This document shows positions 11,029-23,003 of a DNA stretch of 64,000 nt, piece after piece. A model generated the notes under the pieces. It saw only the letters and a program-made list of their open reading frames with translations. It searched no databases and had not been told where the DNA came from. The position numbers were made by a program, and so were the translations under genes. The first letter of the stretch is position 1. Each line of letters opens with the position of its first letter. This DNA is from Carpediemonas membranifera BICM (Eukaryota > Protista > Fornicata), in the NCBI GenBank assembly GCA_019828565.1, contig JAHDYR010000024.1, forward strand, positions 342,834-406,833. Direction: 5' to 3'.

Positions 11029-14000
11029 TGTGGTGCAGCCAAGAAGAAGAGGAAGTGATTTAATAAGGAGTCAACCCTCGGTGGGAAAAAGGCCTAAACT
11101 AAAATATACCAATTAAACGCACTACACTGCCCCCATGATGCAGCTCAGCATCATCCTCAAATTGTGTCAGAAGGTACCAAAATCTTCGTCGATCGGTCGG
11201 GCATATGGTCTATGGTTCGAGGCCCCATGAACTCAACTTTTTGTTGCTCGACCCTAAAGTGCGAGACTCTAGGGCTGACTCGGCCATGAACGAACGTAAG
11301 AAGGGTCCCGGGGAGGGGAAAATGAAGCGTGTCCCAAAGTGATGCTTATGTGTTGGACGATTCGCACGTCGAGTGCGGGCGTCCATGGTAGCCTTGTTGC
11401 GGAGATCTAGGTGCGCGTGACGGAACGCCATGAACACGGCTCCGCGCAATTCAGGCTGATAGCGCGGGGAACGCTTGAGCAAGATGCAATGGAGAGGCTT
11501 TTGCATCGAAGGAGCCACAAGGGGCGCTGCTTGTACGTGAATCCGCGGAAATCTGCAAAACTAAGTGCTTGCATGCCTGAAACGGGAGAACGGCTGCACC
11601 ATGACAGGAACGGGGTTTGATAAAGCAATTGGGCGTACAGCGCTGCTCCTCACGCAGGAATATCCATCGTTCCAGGAAGATCACCTCTTAGTGTGCGGGT
11701 TATGGAGTGATCAGCTGCGGCGATAGTAGGGCTTGCGTCTAGCTGCCTTGATCAGCGCGGTTGCTTCTGGGTGCTCGTCAAGGTAAATGTCGACGGCGGC
11801 CAGCTTGTCCAGGTCACGATTGAAAATCTCGTCAGTGGACTCGGCTTCTTCGTAACCCTGCCAGGAGATTCGTAAAACAAGTCGGCCCTGGTCGTCGAGA
11901 CTGTGGCCGATGATCTTATCAACGATGTACTCGCCTGCCTGGGCGGCGGCGAGCTCGGCAATTTGGTTAGCGGTCAGTGTTCCAGGCAGGAACTTGCGCA
12001 GTCGTTCTTGATGGACGAAGAATGACTTGAGGGATGAGAGGTCCTGGATTTCGTAAACGTTAGGATCAGATCCTGCCCCCACGACAAGCAAGGGGCCGCG
12101 GACTGGTGCCTGGAGCTTAGGTACATGGCCAGTTGGCGTCAGGAGGACCCAATCGTTGGGCTTGAAGCTCTGAGCGCGGTCGTTGTTATCGTAGGCTTTG
12201 ATGGACGCTAGCTTGGCTTGATGCCACTGTCTAAACAGTTTGACTTGCGACTGGAGAGATTGAAGTAGAGCATTCTCCGTCTTACTGAGTTCGATGCCAG
12301 CGTCTGGTTGCAGCGGAATGCGAGTGTCACGGCCAAATAGGAGTTGGATAGGGGTGAGACCACTGAGGCTGTAGGCGGACTCGTTGATGATCCTCATCAC
12401 ATGATTAAGCAGTTGGGGCCAGCGGTCGGTTGCCATACGATTGTCGTGGAGAAGCGTTCTTAGATGCCGTACAATTTCGGCGTTAGCTCGCTCGACTATA
12501 CCGTTACTGGCAGGGCGGTAGGGGGTGGAATAGTGGTGTGGAATAGAGTAGGCTGCGGTCAAGAGCGCTACCAACTCGTTGCGATATTGAGACCCGTTAT
12601 CCGATTGGATCTCACGTGGGCGTCCGAAATGTGCCGACCAGTCAATGAGAGCCTCGACAGCTGAGTCAGCGTTGGTCGTACGGGCGGGATACAGTTTTGT
12701 GAACTTAGTGAAGGTGTCGACCGCTACGATGATGTACTTAAACCCCTCAGGGCTGATTGGAAGGGGCCCGAGGGTGTCAAGCTGGACCACGCCGAAGGGC
12801 TCCGTGGCCGCCGTCCGATGGTGTTGGTAAGGGGGTGGGCGGTTGGGCCTCTGAAGCTGGCATGTAGGACAGTGGGTAATGAATTCGCGTACGTCCTGTA
12901 CCATGCCGCGCCAGCCGCTGTATTGATCGCGGATACGGCGAACCGTCTCCTTATAGCCTAGATGGCCCTCAGTGCCGCCATGTACAGAAGAAATGATCTC
13001 TTGGCGGTCTTCTACGGACAGAGTGAGCAGACGACTGAGTGTGTCGGCACATCCGTTGTCCTTGCCGGCCACGTGGAGGACCGTGAAGTCGTAAATATCA
13101 ACGGCAAGGCGCCAGCGTCGGACTTTCGGATTCGTAGACGTCGCCATCCACACAAGGTTCCTATGGTCCGTGTGCGCTGTAAAGTGCGATGCCATTAGGT
13201 ACTTGGAGAACTTGTCAATGGCACTGACTAATGCGAACATCTCCTGTTCTATCGTCGACCAGCGGCGTTGAGTCGCAGAGAGGGTCTTCGAAAAGAATTG
13301 AACAGGGAGGAATGTAGTGTCCCTCTTAACCATCAGGACGCCTCCTATACCAATGTCAGAAGCATCAGTAAAGAGGTGAAGGTCGTCGCCTGGTCTAGGG
13401 TGTGTCAGAATCGTCCCCGAGGTGAGTTGGCGTCGTAGCTCATCGAATGCGGCCTGCTGCTCGCTATTCCAGGCAAAGGGAGTGTCGGCGCGGGTAAGGG
13501 CGATGATGGGCTCTGCAATATCTGCGAAGGTCGGTATTGTGGGCCGGAAATAGTTAACCATGCCGAGCAACGTGCGGACCTCGCTAATGTTCGTCGGGGC
13601 GCGCATGGAAAGGATGGGCTCCAGACGATCGGGTGAGATGGAGCGACCAGTTGGAGTCACGTGCCACCCGAGATAGTCAATCTCGTGGGCGGCGAGGATC
13701 GTTTTCTTCAAGTTAACGCGGACGTTGGCGTCGTCGAGACGCTCGAGCACGCTGCGAAGGTTCTTGAGGAATTCAGAACGGGTCTTACCCATGACGACGA
13801 TGTCGTCGATGTACACCAGGGCGGCCGTGAACAAGTCGGCGCCCATTACCTTTTCCAGGGCACGCTGCATGTGGATAGCGGCGTTGCGTAGGCCGAATGG
13901 CATCCTGCAATAGTGGTACTTGTGGTTGTCGGCGATAAAGGCGGTGTACTGCCGGGATTCCGGGTCCAGTGGGACCTGGAGGAAGGCCTTCGACAGGTCG

Positions 14001-15831
14001 AGTGTGGCGTAGTACGCCGAGCCTTCGAGCTGATCGAGTAGGTCCTCGATAAGCGGCAGGGGATGCTCGTCTGGCTCCGTTATGTCGTTAAGACGGCGGA
14101 AGTCCAGGCACAAGCGGATGCTGTTGTCGCGTTTGACTACAGCAACGATGGGGCTGTTGTAGGGGCTATCGGATGACTCTATTATGCCTAAGTCGAGCTG
14201 CTGGCTTGTCTGCAGGCGTATTTCATCCTGAACTGCCAGGGAATAGCGATAAGGAGGCGTGTTAGTCGTTTTCCCCTCAGTTAGACGAATCTTGAAGGCT
14301 TCCAGGGCCGAAGGCTCACTGGACAGCGGTTCAAAGACCCTATGATGTTCTTCGACGATTTTGGTGACCTCCTCGCGGAGGGAAGGAATCTGAACGTTGA
14401 GTTCAAGCGGCTCCTCTTCAAGCAGATTAAATTCCACCTCACTGCCTTCGTCGGGTTCTTCCGCGACAATGTCTGACCCCACGTTAAAAGTGATCAGGCC
14501 CAGCTCGAGGGAGGAGGGTAGGCCGAAAATGATGTCGTAAGGTAGGTGTCGCAGGACGAGGAACTGGTCAATGACCGAGAGTTTGTGGCCAGTTCTTGAG
14601 CGGCCAAGGCTCATCTCGATGGTGCAGATGGCCTCGACGTTGACTACCTGTCCGCTTCCCACACGGACGCGGCCTGAGTAAGGTCGCATGGGCAGCCCTA
14701 GTGTCGTCACGAGTGCGTGAGACACGAAGTTCGCCGTGGCGCCAGAATCAATCAGTGCGCTGCTGTGTGATACCTGGTTATCGTGCGGGATCTCTACCTC
14801 GATCTCGGCAGAGGCAGAAGACTTCCGTCCCGCTCGATCAGTCGCCATAACGTGTAGACAATGCTCATACTTACCACTTTTACCCGCACGCTTCTTCGCG
14901 AAGCACTGTTCTGCGGAGTGGCCTGACTTATGGCAGTACGAGCATGTCACTGTGTTCGTAGCCTTGCCCGGGGCGCGGCTGGTCTGGTGGTTAGCCGGGG
15001 GTGCGCGCGCCTCGTCGAGGTGTCGCGTCTCGCGCTGGGTCTGCTCAATGTGGCGCGACTGCTCGAGCGCCGCCTTGAACGCGGCTTGGAGGTCGTTGCG
15101 CGGAGCAATGGTGTTGACGCGATCACGGAGACGCTCCGGTTCAAGGCCGCCGATGAACTGCCTCACCAGGCGCTTAGTCGGAGGCTTGACATCAGCGCAG
15201 TTCTCCAGCTGACGTTGGTACTGGAAGACGTAGTTCAGGGCGTTTTGGTAAGTCGAACCACGCTTCTTGCAGGTAATGCGGGTGAAGGAGTCCAAGGCGT
15301 CTTGCTTATCAAGGGGCTGGAAGATGGCGTTAATGCGACAAATGATAGCGACGCTTGCTTGGTCGTTCTCGAGGGCTGGGATTGGAACCGGGAGCTGCTC
15401 GGGAGCTTCATCTTCGTCGTCGTCGGAGTCATCGCTTGAGGAGTCGCTGTCGGTGCCGTCGTTGTTCGCGTCACCTTGGATAAGCAGCGGTACGTCATCA
15501 CCGGCGGGTGCATCGTGATCGGGAACCTCGTACTCTTCGAGGGAAGGATCCCTCAGCTTGAGGACCTCCCATACGTCACGCGCGATGAGGAGACGAATGG
15601 CCAGGGAGCCACCGCGTGAGCGATACGCGTAATACTGCTCGCGATGGTCCTGCCAGGCGTCGGCGGTCGGGAGCTTTAAATAGGGGGCTACGAAAAGGTC
15701 GGGAACTTGGAATTGCATGGATCCAGTAATTACTGTGGTGCAGCCAAGAAGAAGAGGAAGTGATTTAATAAGGAGTCAACCCTCGGTGGGAAAAAGGCCT
15801 AAACTAAAATATACCAATTAAACGCACTACA
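11029..15831 (-). mobile_element. Intact Ty3/Gypsy chromodomain LTR retrotransposon B
   Basis: Identical 98-bp TG..CA LTRs at 11029-11126 and 15734-15831, 5-bp TSD GTCAG (11024-11028 and 15832-15836), PPT atgggggcag, single gag-pol ORF. Confidence 0.95.
11711..15718 (-). CDS. Gag-Pol polyprotein (CCHC knuckle, protease, RT, RNase H, integrase, chromodomain)
   Basis: CSYCHKSGHSAEQC, LIDSGA, YIDD, FTDASD, QLDTLGP..SDNG..NGIVER, and YIVDKIIGH..ISWQGY chromodomain. Confidence 0.95.
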   Translation of the reverse strand: MQFQVPDLFVAPYLKLPTADAWQDHREQYYAYRSRGGSLAIRLLIARDVWEVLKLRDPSLEEYEVPDHDAPAGDDVPLLIQGDANNDGTDSDSSSDDSDDDEDEAPEQLPVPIPALENDQASVAIICRINAIFQPLDKQDALDSFTRITCKKRGSTYQNALNYVFQYQRQLENCADVKPPTKRLVRQFIGGLEPERLRDRVNTIAPRNDLQAAFKAALEQSRHIEQTQRETRHLDEARAPPANHQTSRAPGKATNTVTCSYCHKSGHSAEQCFAKKRAGKSGKYEHCLHVMATDRAGRKSSASAEIEVEIPHDNQVSHSSALIDSGATANFVSHALVTTLGLPMRPYSGRVRVGSGQVVNVEAICTIEMSLGRSRTGHKLSVIDQFLVLRHLPYDIIFGLPSSLELGLITFNVGSDIVAEEPDEGSEVEFNLLEEEPLELNVQIPSLREEVTKIVEEHHRVFEPLSSEPSALEAFKIRLTEGKTTNTPPYRYSLAVQDEIRLQTSQQLDLGIIESSDSPYNSPIVAVVKRDNSIRLCLDFRRLNDITEPDEHPLPLIEDLLDQLEGSAYYATLDLSKAFLQVPLDPESRQYTAFIADNHKYHYCRMPFGLRNAAIHMQRALEKVMGADLFTAALVYIDDIVVMGKTRSEFLKNLRSVLERLDDANVRVNLKKTILAAHEIDYLGWHVTPTGRSISPDRLEPILSMRAPTNISEVRTLLGMVNYFRPTIPTFADIAEPIIALTRADTPFAWNSEQQAAFDELRRQLTSGTILTHPRPGDDLHLFTDASDIGIGGVLMVKRDTTFLPVQFFSKTLSATQRRWSTIEQEMFALVSAIDKFSKYLMASHFTAHTDHRNLVWMATSTNPKVRRWRLAVDIYDFTVLHVAGKDNGCADTLSRLLTLSVEDRQEIISSVHGGTEGHLGYKETVRRIRDQYSGWRGMVQDVREFITHCPTCQLQRPNRPPPYQHHRTAATEPFGVVQLDTLGPLPISPEGFKYIIVAVDTFTKFTKLYPARTTNADSAVEALIDWSAHFGRPREIQSDNGSQYRNELVALLTAAYSIPHHYSTPYRPASNGIVERANAEIVRHLRTLLHDNRMATDRWPQLLNHVMRIINESAYSLSGLTPIQLLFGRDTRIPLQPDAGIELSKTENALLQSLQSQVKLFRQWHQAKLASIKAYDNNDRAQSFKPNDWVLLTPTGHVPKLQAPVRGPLLVVGAGSDPNVYEIQDLSSLKSFFVHQERLRKFLPGTLTANQIAELAAAQAGEYIVDKIIGHSLDDQGRLVLRISWQGYEEAESTDEIFNRDLDKLAAVDIYLDEHPEATALIKAARRKPYYRRS

Positions 15832-18800
15832 GTCAGTCCTGGACACAAGGGAACCAATAAAGACTTTAGAGAGAATACTGCCATATCCTGCACCAAATGT
15901 GCAGGATAATACCTGTTGTGACCTGAGTCACACCACACTGCCCCTCCAAGGGTCATCTTGATAGAGATGAGCCTTGACAAAAGTATGTAAGGTGAGCTGT
16001 TGCGTCTGGTGACGCGACATGTGACGGAACCTGTCGTTGCTCGATGTCATAATGTTTTGAGATATCAAAAAGATATTCCGACACCACATGTGGACCGCAC
16101 GGCCGACCGTTCGGCTCTAAGCTGTCCGATGTACTTGCTGCGATGAAGGAACTGATGTGGTGGCTGGGTTGTAGATGTTACTGCCCCTCCACGGTCGTCT
16201 AAGTGACGGCCGTAACACATGTAGGCAATGATTGGGAAGTTGCTGCGGCGGCGAAGAAACTGATCGAATCAGAAAGAGAAACCACCTGGTGAAGACTAAA
16301 AAACCCCCGAAACCGGAAGAAAAAAGGTCATTGCTGAGTAAAATCTGAGCTGTCTGAAGCGCTCAAAGGGGTTTGGGAAGAGAACCACCCGGCGCTCACG
16401 TAAAGGTGAAGCCGGAGAAAGCCACACTAGTTCGATTTGTGGCGACAGATGACTGCGCTGTGCATGCGCAACATTTCGTGTCGGGCTCAAGGTCCAGACG
16501 AAGCGACCAAACCTGTCGAAAGACTGGTCAGGCGCGTTTGTTCTGACGGCTCTATAATAGCCACGTATGGCATGACGCTGTACGTCTTTGAAAAGGGACT
16601 GTCTCTTGGGACGTATCCAACCACACTTAAGCAAAAGCTTAAGGTAGCAGGCTACTCTATTACTGACACTCATCTATAGGACAACTCGGTCCTCGATGCA
16701 GGGTCTCATCGGTCAAGCCTCTAACCGTAAGCTTGGCCACCCCATCGCCTCCAACTGTGGTCTTGGGGCCGGTCTAACCCGTCCACCATTTGGACATATA
16801 CCATTCAAACGACGGTACTGCTCCGAACACAACCGATCTCCGGGATGACGTGTCGGACTGCGGGTTTCAACCCTGGCCCACTGACTCGTTGCGGCTCATG
16901 TTCCATCATAGTCTATCATAGACTGCCTGCCGTGTATTCCGGCTTATGAATGAGTCGGGCTTACCTATCGAACGATGGCCTAGGCTCACAACCATTCAAG
17001 ACAACAGCACAGCGATGAGCACCCGACTGGGCTCAGCTCTAACTCGCTGGTGTGTAATCATGACTAATCGCTGTCAGCGAGCGCCGTTAATCGGCCTGGC
17101 TCAGACCTGATAGCTTAATAGAAGAGTGTTGAACGACACTCGTGTGCTAGAGCATACATGCTCGCTAGCTGACTCAGAACATGCTCCGTAACAACCGTAC
17201 TTGCCACATGGCCTTTCCGGACGCTCAGGTGTGCAGAGCCCGTCGGCAAAGCATCCATTACCCGAACCTTAGATGGCGGTCCCAAGGTGTCACACACAGC
17301 CGTGTTGTCGTCGGGCGTGCACTCCCTCAGACTCACCGCACCGTGGATCAACGCTCAGCTGACCACTACCACCCGTCCACAGACCTACTGGTCTGGATCG
17401 CGATATATATCAAGTTGTTGGGATCCCTATGTAAGTAAGCGACACCCCTATACTGGCTAACTGCCAAGGCGGTGCAAAATAGAGATGTCGAACGACAGCT
17501 CAAAGGCTTGTAGACACTCATGTGCTATACAAAACCTACCTGGCCTCTGCGCCTACTCAGAGCATGCAAGATGCTCCGTTGTTCGACACAGCTCACTGGC
17601 CGTCTCCACCGAGGATTAACCTCCTGGTGAGACCGATTGGATGAACTACGAACGTAGTTTCGACGAGTTATAAATGTACATGTAACGTTAAAGCGCACCG
17701 GTGCTGACTGAACATGGGTAACCTACCTTCCGGTACAGGTTGGGTGTTAGGCTGAGTACGCTTGACTCAGGATACTATGAAGTGCTTCTTGCACTAGTAG
17801 ATGACTGTTGGCACAGCTTATGTCACAAGCCTGGCTGACATTGCGAAGGCTTGACTGCTGTGACGGCTATTCGGCACTAGAACTGTCCGCTTCGAGATGA
17901 GCGACGACTCATTGGCCACTCGATCGTGTGTCGCATCACTACATGATGCTGTCAATTGACGGTAGCTGGACATTGCTCAGGCGGCTGGGGATGTCTCTCG
18001 TACTTGCGGGTGGACTCACTCGCTCGGCCGAGGCGGATGGTTAAACATCGGGTGTGTACTGCTTGGGCTAACCCTTGCTCGCGGGCACGGCTCCTACGTA
18101 GCATAAGTATACGCGGTTGATTAGGTCATCCGCTGATGACTGTCGACCTAGGCTGGCTGTCTAGTGTCCGGGACATGGGTAGCAGAGTGCTCGGGAGACA
18201 GACCTGTCTCAGGGGCATACGGAAACTCTGCAACGTTTGCTTAGTGTAAACGACGATACAATCCACGATAAGTGGAGACTCTAGGAAGTGGGTGAACCAC
18301 GGGTTGAGATGCATCGACACTACCCTCCATCTGGCTGAGTCTCTAGTTGCTGGCTGACCTGACGGGTCGCAAGTATTGTGCTAAACGCGCTTGGTTCGTC
18401 TCTCGCTGGCGCGAATGAGAGTCATTACGACCTCTCTCGAGTGTCCTGTGACACCGAGTAACATGCAAGGTTGATTGAAGAGGCTGTAGGGCACTGTCAC
18501 CCCGACTGGGTGGTGCCTGAAGATCCCACAGATGTGAAAGGAAGGTTAAGTTCGTGAGGCAAGGCGCTGCCAAGCTCTTAGTTCCACTGCTAGTCAGCAG
18601 GCGTCGAAGGTGTATCCGCCCTCCTGTGGCGGAGACTTATGGGTAACCGGTGCGAACACGCACCGTGGGTGGACTTTTAGTCCTGGTATTGGCCTCGTAT
18701 GTTAGTACGAGAGGGCTTATCTGGCTTAGTGTTGATACTGCGGACGTCTTCGAGGGTGACTGCTGGGTCTACCGCTCGTCAAGAAGGTTATCAGCCTCCT

Positions 18801-20734
18801 CCATAGCTCTGTCTCCTAGTAGAGATATCATGTGGCGACGTGACGACATGAGTTAGATACGATATGAGTATTCTGCAGCATGACATGACGGATGATCTCC
18901 GGGTCTGCCCGAAGGTACCATTGATGACTAAGTGTTAGGGTGCCAGAGGCTGCTCGCCTCTATTGGCCTGAAGGTGTTGTACTGAGAGGATGGGCGCATC
19001 GCTGGAGGACGGGCCGACATGTGTTCGAGCTGCAACATGCTCGCGATACCCGTGAGTTGCTCGTCACGGGATGAGGTGATAATACGACCATACTAGACTG
19101 GTCGTGGTTTCGGTACAAGTCTCACAGAGGAAGGGACCCGTGAAACTACTATCTAAACTCGTTGAAGAGCTGCTATGCGCGGTAACGCTGCCCCTCCGCG
19201 GCTCTGAAGCACTTTGTGTTGTCGCCGCGTTGTTGTCTGATGACTGTTGGTCTCGTGTCTACTAAATTGACTTCAAGCAAGGATGCCGGTCATGATAAGT
19301 GGAAGCTAAGTAATTACCTTACCTGAGTTTGGCGGGTAGCACAGCTAGCCTTGACAAAAGTGCGAGCCATTGTTGCTCAAATGGAGATGCTCGCGCCATG
19401 GGGTGAACGATGGCAAGCGCGATACAGTTGACAGCAGATGGGGTGTCTGCCCAGGCTGTCGCGTACTGAGGATGTGGATGAGCAGCGGTCGAGCTTATCG
19501 TTGCTCTATGACGCTGGTTGCCCCTGACAGGGAATTGCGGAGACGGTGGCGTGCTAGCTCTATTGGTTCATGCCGTGTTGCTGTACGTGGAAGGGACCTG
19601 CAAGCTGGCGAGTTCGCACATGTTCGGGGATAACTGGAGAGCAAACCTTGAAGCTGCTCAATACGGGTGCTGTTTCAGCACTGTGTGGATAGAAGGATAT
19701 AACTGGCCGTCTAGGACCCACTGCTAGCAGTTACGTGCTCCACATGCTCTGCTGAGCATTTGTTAGGAAGGTATACATGGCCTCATGTAGACATATAAAT
19801 AGTGTGGATCGCTCCCACGACTGTAGGAACCGAGCTTGGTGTCCCCAGATGGGTCGTTACCTCTTTCGGTTTTTCATCGTCGATGATGGTAGTTGCCTGT
19901 CTGGCTTGGGCCATTGGCCCTGTGCCACGCTTGCTCATGGTCTGCTGGATGACCCGAATGATGTATGACTTGCTCTGGGCGCATGTGGCCAAGCTGCTAC
20001 TCTCTAGGTAGCTCTGGATGATGGTTGGGGACGATGATTCTGGAGGTCTACGTTGGTCAAAAGTCGTGCGTGGGTCTGTCAGTGAGTCTACTGGGGTCAC
20101 TGCCCCTTCTTGGCTTCTTCTCGCACTGTCTCGGGGTGTTCGATTTGGCTGGACGTGGAAGTGGCTGGCTCCTCGGCGTGGTTTCGGTTTGTTTTGCCTT
20201 TTGGCGGCTTTGGTGGTGCTTATTCCTGGTGCTATCTGCACTGTATCGGCTTGTGCTTGGCCTGGCCACTGGTCTCGTTGCTGGTCTCGGTCGATTGTCC
20301 TGAAGGAGCTTGATTGGCGCTCCAGAGCTGGTATTGCGGTGCTGTATCGTTTGTTGGAGCTTATTGAAGCTTGGTTACTGGTATTGGCCTGTTGTTTGCT
20401 TGTATGCTATAGTGCATTGGTGGAAGTTGATGGTCTTGTTGAACTAAACGCTCTAGACTTGTTGTTGCTTGCGAATTTCAGTTGAACTGTCGACACCGCG
20501 GAGACATTTGCATTGCGCTAACGGAAGAAATTGGTTCTGGTGAAAATGTCAATTGATGTTGCTTATATTGATTCTCCTGCGCCAGGACCGTTGAGCTCAT
20601 CTCCTCCGGAAGAAATGATATCATTGTGGTCAGTCCTGGACACAAGGGAACCAATAAAGACTTTAGAGAGAATACTGCCATATCCTGCACCAAATGTGCA
20701 GGATAATACCTGTTGTGACCTGAGTCACACCACA

Positions 20735-21702
20735 GTGGGACGCTTCGCAGGGTCGAAGTGGAGCATCTGCATTGCCAGGTCGTACAGGCTGAGACAAGTA
20801 GGTGGCGTGGTGCCGCGAATCGGGAGCTCAGAGTTCACGTTGACACACTCGAGGCAATCTTTGAAATGTGTCTGTGCCTGAGGTGACAACTGCAACTGCC
20901 CACCATAGAATTGGCACCAGTTCAGCAAGCTACCAAGCTTCAGCATCTTTTTCTTCTTCTTGTTGTCGATCTGCGCCATGTTTGCACCCATGTCAGTCAC
21001 CTTCGCGGCAAAGGGGGACTTAGAGAGACCGTTAACGAGCATCATAATGACAATACCGCAAGAGTAAATGTCCGATGCAGGTGTCACGACATAAGAAGTG
21101 ACGGAAAGAGCCCCTGCCGTCATGCGCGCGAGCTTGGAGGTGTCGCGTGCAGCAGGAATCACTGAGCGCGAGACAAGGTACTCGTAGAAAAGCTCTGGGG
21201 GCAAATATCCATGGGTGCCGCGATACTCGGATGCGAATCTCAGTTGTATGGCCCACCTGTCGTCGCCATTAGCCGGCTTCCTCATTGCAGACCCAAAATC
21301 AATGAGGTATCCCTTCTGACTCTTGCTGAAGAGGAAGTTGTCTGGCTTAATATCGCAATGGACAACCCCGTGGTCATGCATGTAGCATACTGCCTGCAGC
21401 AGATGCGAAACATAGCGGAACTGCACGCTGGAGTGAGCCTTGCAGATGCCAGCGAAGGGGGTACAGTTGACCAAAGGAGCCATGAAGGCTGGATCACGGT
21501 CGACAAAACCTGTATCGACGACAGGGAGGACATGCGGACTGTCCTTGAGCGCTAGCAGGGTGGGAACCTCCATACCATAATGCTCATCAACTTTGATCAC
21601 GACCTGCAGCTTTTCAGGTTCAAAGTCGTGCAGATATTGTCTACTATTACCAGGTAAGGAAGTAAGTCGCTCCAGCTTGTCGCTATCTAGCTCGAACACC
21701 AT
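20735..21702 (-). pseudogene. Ser/Thr protein kinase (Cdc7/CK1-like catalytic loop), N-terminal part, disrupted by LTR insertion
   Basis: VVIK, HCDIKPDNFL, LIDFG, GTHGYLPPE, DIYSCG, FDPAKRPT. Reconstituted length is 431 aa. Confidence 0.85.
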
Positions 21703-21866
21703 GCACAGGTAGCTGTGTGAAATTCGGTCTTAAAGTGCATTTCGCGACAGCTAGCTGTGCGTCGCAACGAGAGAAGTAGCAGTGGAAAACAAGCCAGGAC
21801 TGGCTTATGAATGGTGTTTATGGACATCAGCTATGCTCCAATCATAAACTCTTCCTCTTTACAATG

Positions 21867-22538
21867 TCAGATGAAGGAAAAGACGATACTGTCGGCAGTA
21901 TCGCTCTCTGAGCGCTCCTCATCAATCACATTCTCTTGAATCTCCCCATCACCATCTCTGCCCGCCACCTCCCCGCCATGCTCGTCGTGGTCGATCTTTG
22001 GTTCCTCATCGGCACTCTTGCATAAGTCCACCTCCTCACCAAAGGCGCCCTCCTCGCTCTCCTCGCGAGCTGGCACCTCGTAGTGCATCCACTCTGCCTG
22101 GTAAGCTGGCTCGTCGGACACCGCCTCCTCGTCAGTATCGCCCTCTCTCTCGCCCTCTGGCATCTCTGTCTCGCGAGTCAGCGAGCCGAACTCCGCCTCC
22201 TTGTCAGCCTCGCTCTGCCTCTCTTTCTTCTTAGTATCGTGAAGCTCGATCATTCTGGCCTTGAGCCTGTTGTAAAGCCAGTCATCGAGCATCGGCGGCA
22301 CCAGGTCGGCAGAGCTTGTGATCTCCGGGTTGAGATCAAAGATCGTCGGGCGCTGCAGGGTCGTCAGGTGGCTGTTTGCCAGCTGGTGGCGGAACTGATC
22401 ATCGGTGAGGCTGATGCGCTTGTCCATAATGACCTTCCGAACCTTGGTCAAGTCTCTGGGCCTGCCAGTCCGTCTCTCTCTCTCAATCTCCCGCGTCTTA
22501 AGCTGGTTGACATCGACATGCACCGGGGGCGCATAGCG
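21867..22538 (-). pseudogene. C-terminal half of split gene (continuation of 33884-34441) with long acidic tail
   Basis: Excising 22541-33883 plus one AA gives in-frame ..SVNQL|RYAPPVHVDVNQLK.. Confidence 0.8.
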
Positions 22539-23003
22539 AACATACTGTAAGAATGGCTAGAGTCTCCCGGGAGATACCCTGGAGATACTCCAAAAAGTGC
22601 AAGAAAAAATGAGATTCACTAGAATCTGTTTCACATTTCACATATTTCACAAGAATATGTGAAATGAGAAGCAAAGCTAGTGAATGTCATTTTTACTTGT
22701 CCCTCATCGTCTGTATGGCATCTATAAACAAATCACGTATCTCTTGCAGCAGAAACTCTGTGTCATTCACCCTTTTGTTGATTTCTTCTTCCTTTCGCAA
22801 GCCCTGAGCAGTTTTTCGGATTATTTTGTAAGAATCTTGTACTTTGGCAACTTCCACGAGCCCTGACGTTACCGTTTCTACCTTTTGGTGGCTAGTTGCT
22901 CGAATCATGATCGACAAATGTCGCAGTTTTAGGTATTGTCAATGCCAGGAGTCTACGTAAATAGACAAATGTAACAACGTAAACAGCTTGGATAGAAATT
23001 CTC

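Larger units (their letters stand above)
11020..20734 (-). mobile_element. Non-autonomous LTR element (LARD-like), copy A; its 3' LTR is interrupted by Gypsy B
   Basis: 110-bp LTR at 20625-20734. The second LTR is split into 11020-11028 and 15837-15937. 4-bp TSD GTGG at 11016-11019 and 20735-20738. Internal region is the reverse complement of 35669-40358 with no gag/pol ORF. Confidence 0.9.

Noticed and set aside
20731-20737. CACAGTG (RAG heptamer/Transib end)
   Set aside because: It is created by the LTR end (caca) abutting the GTGG target duplication within the kinase gene.
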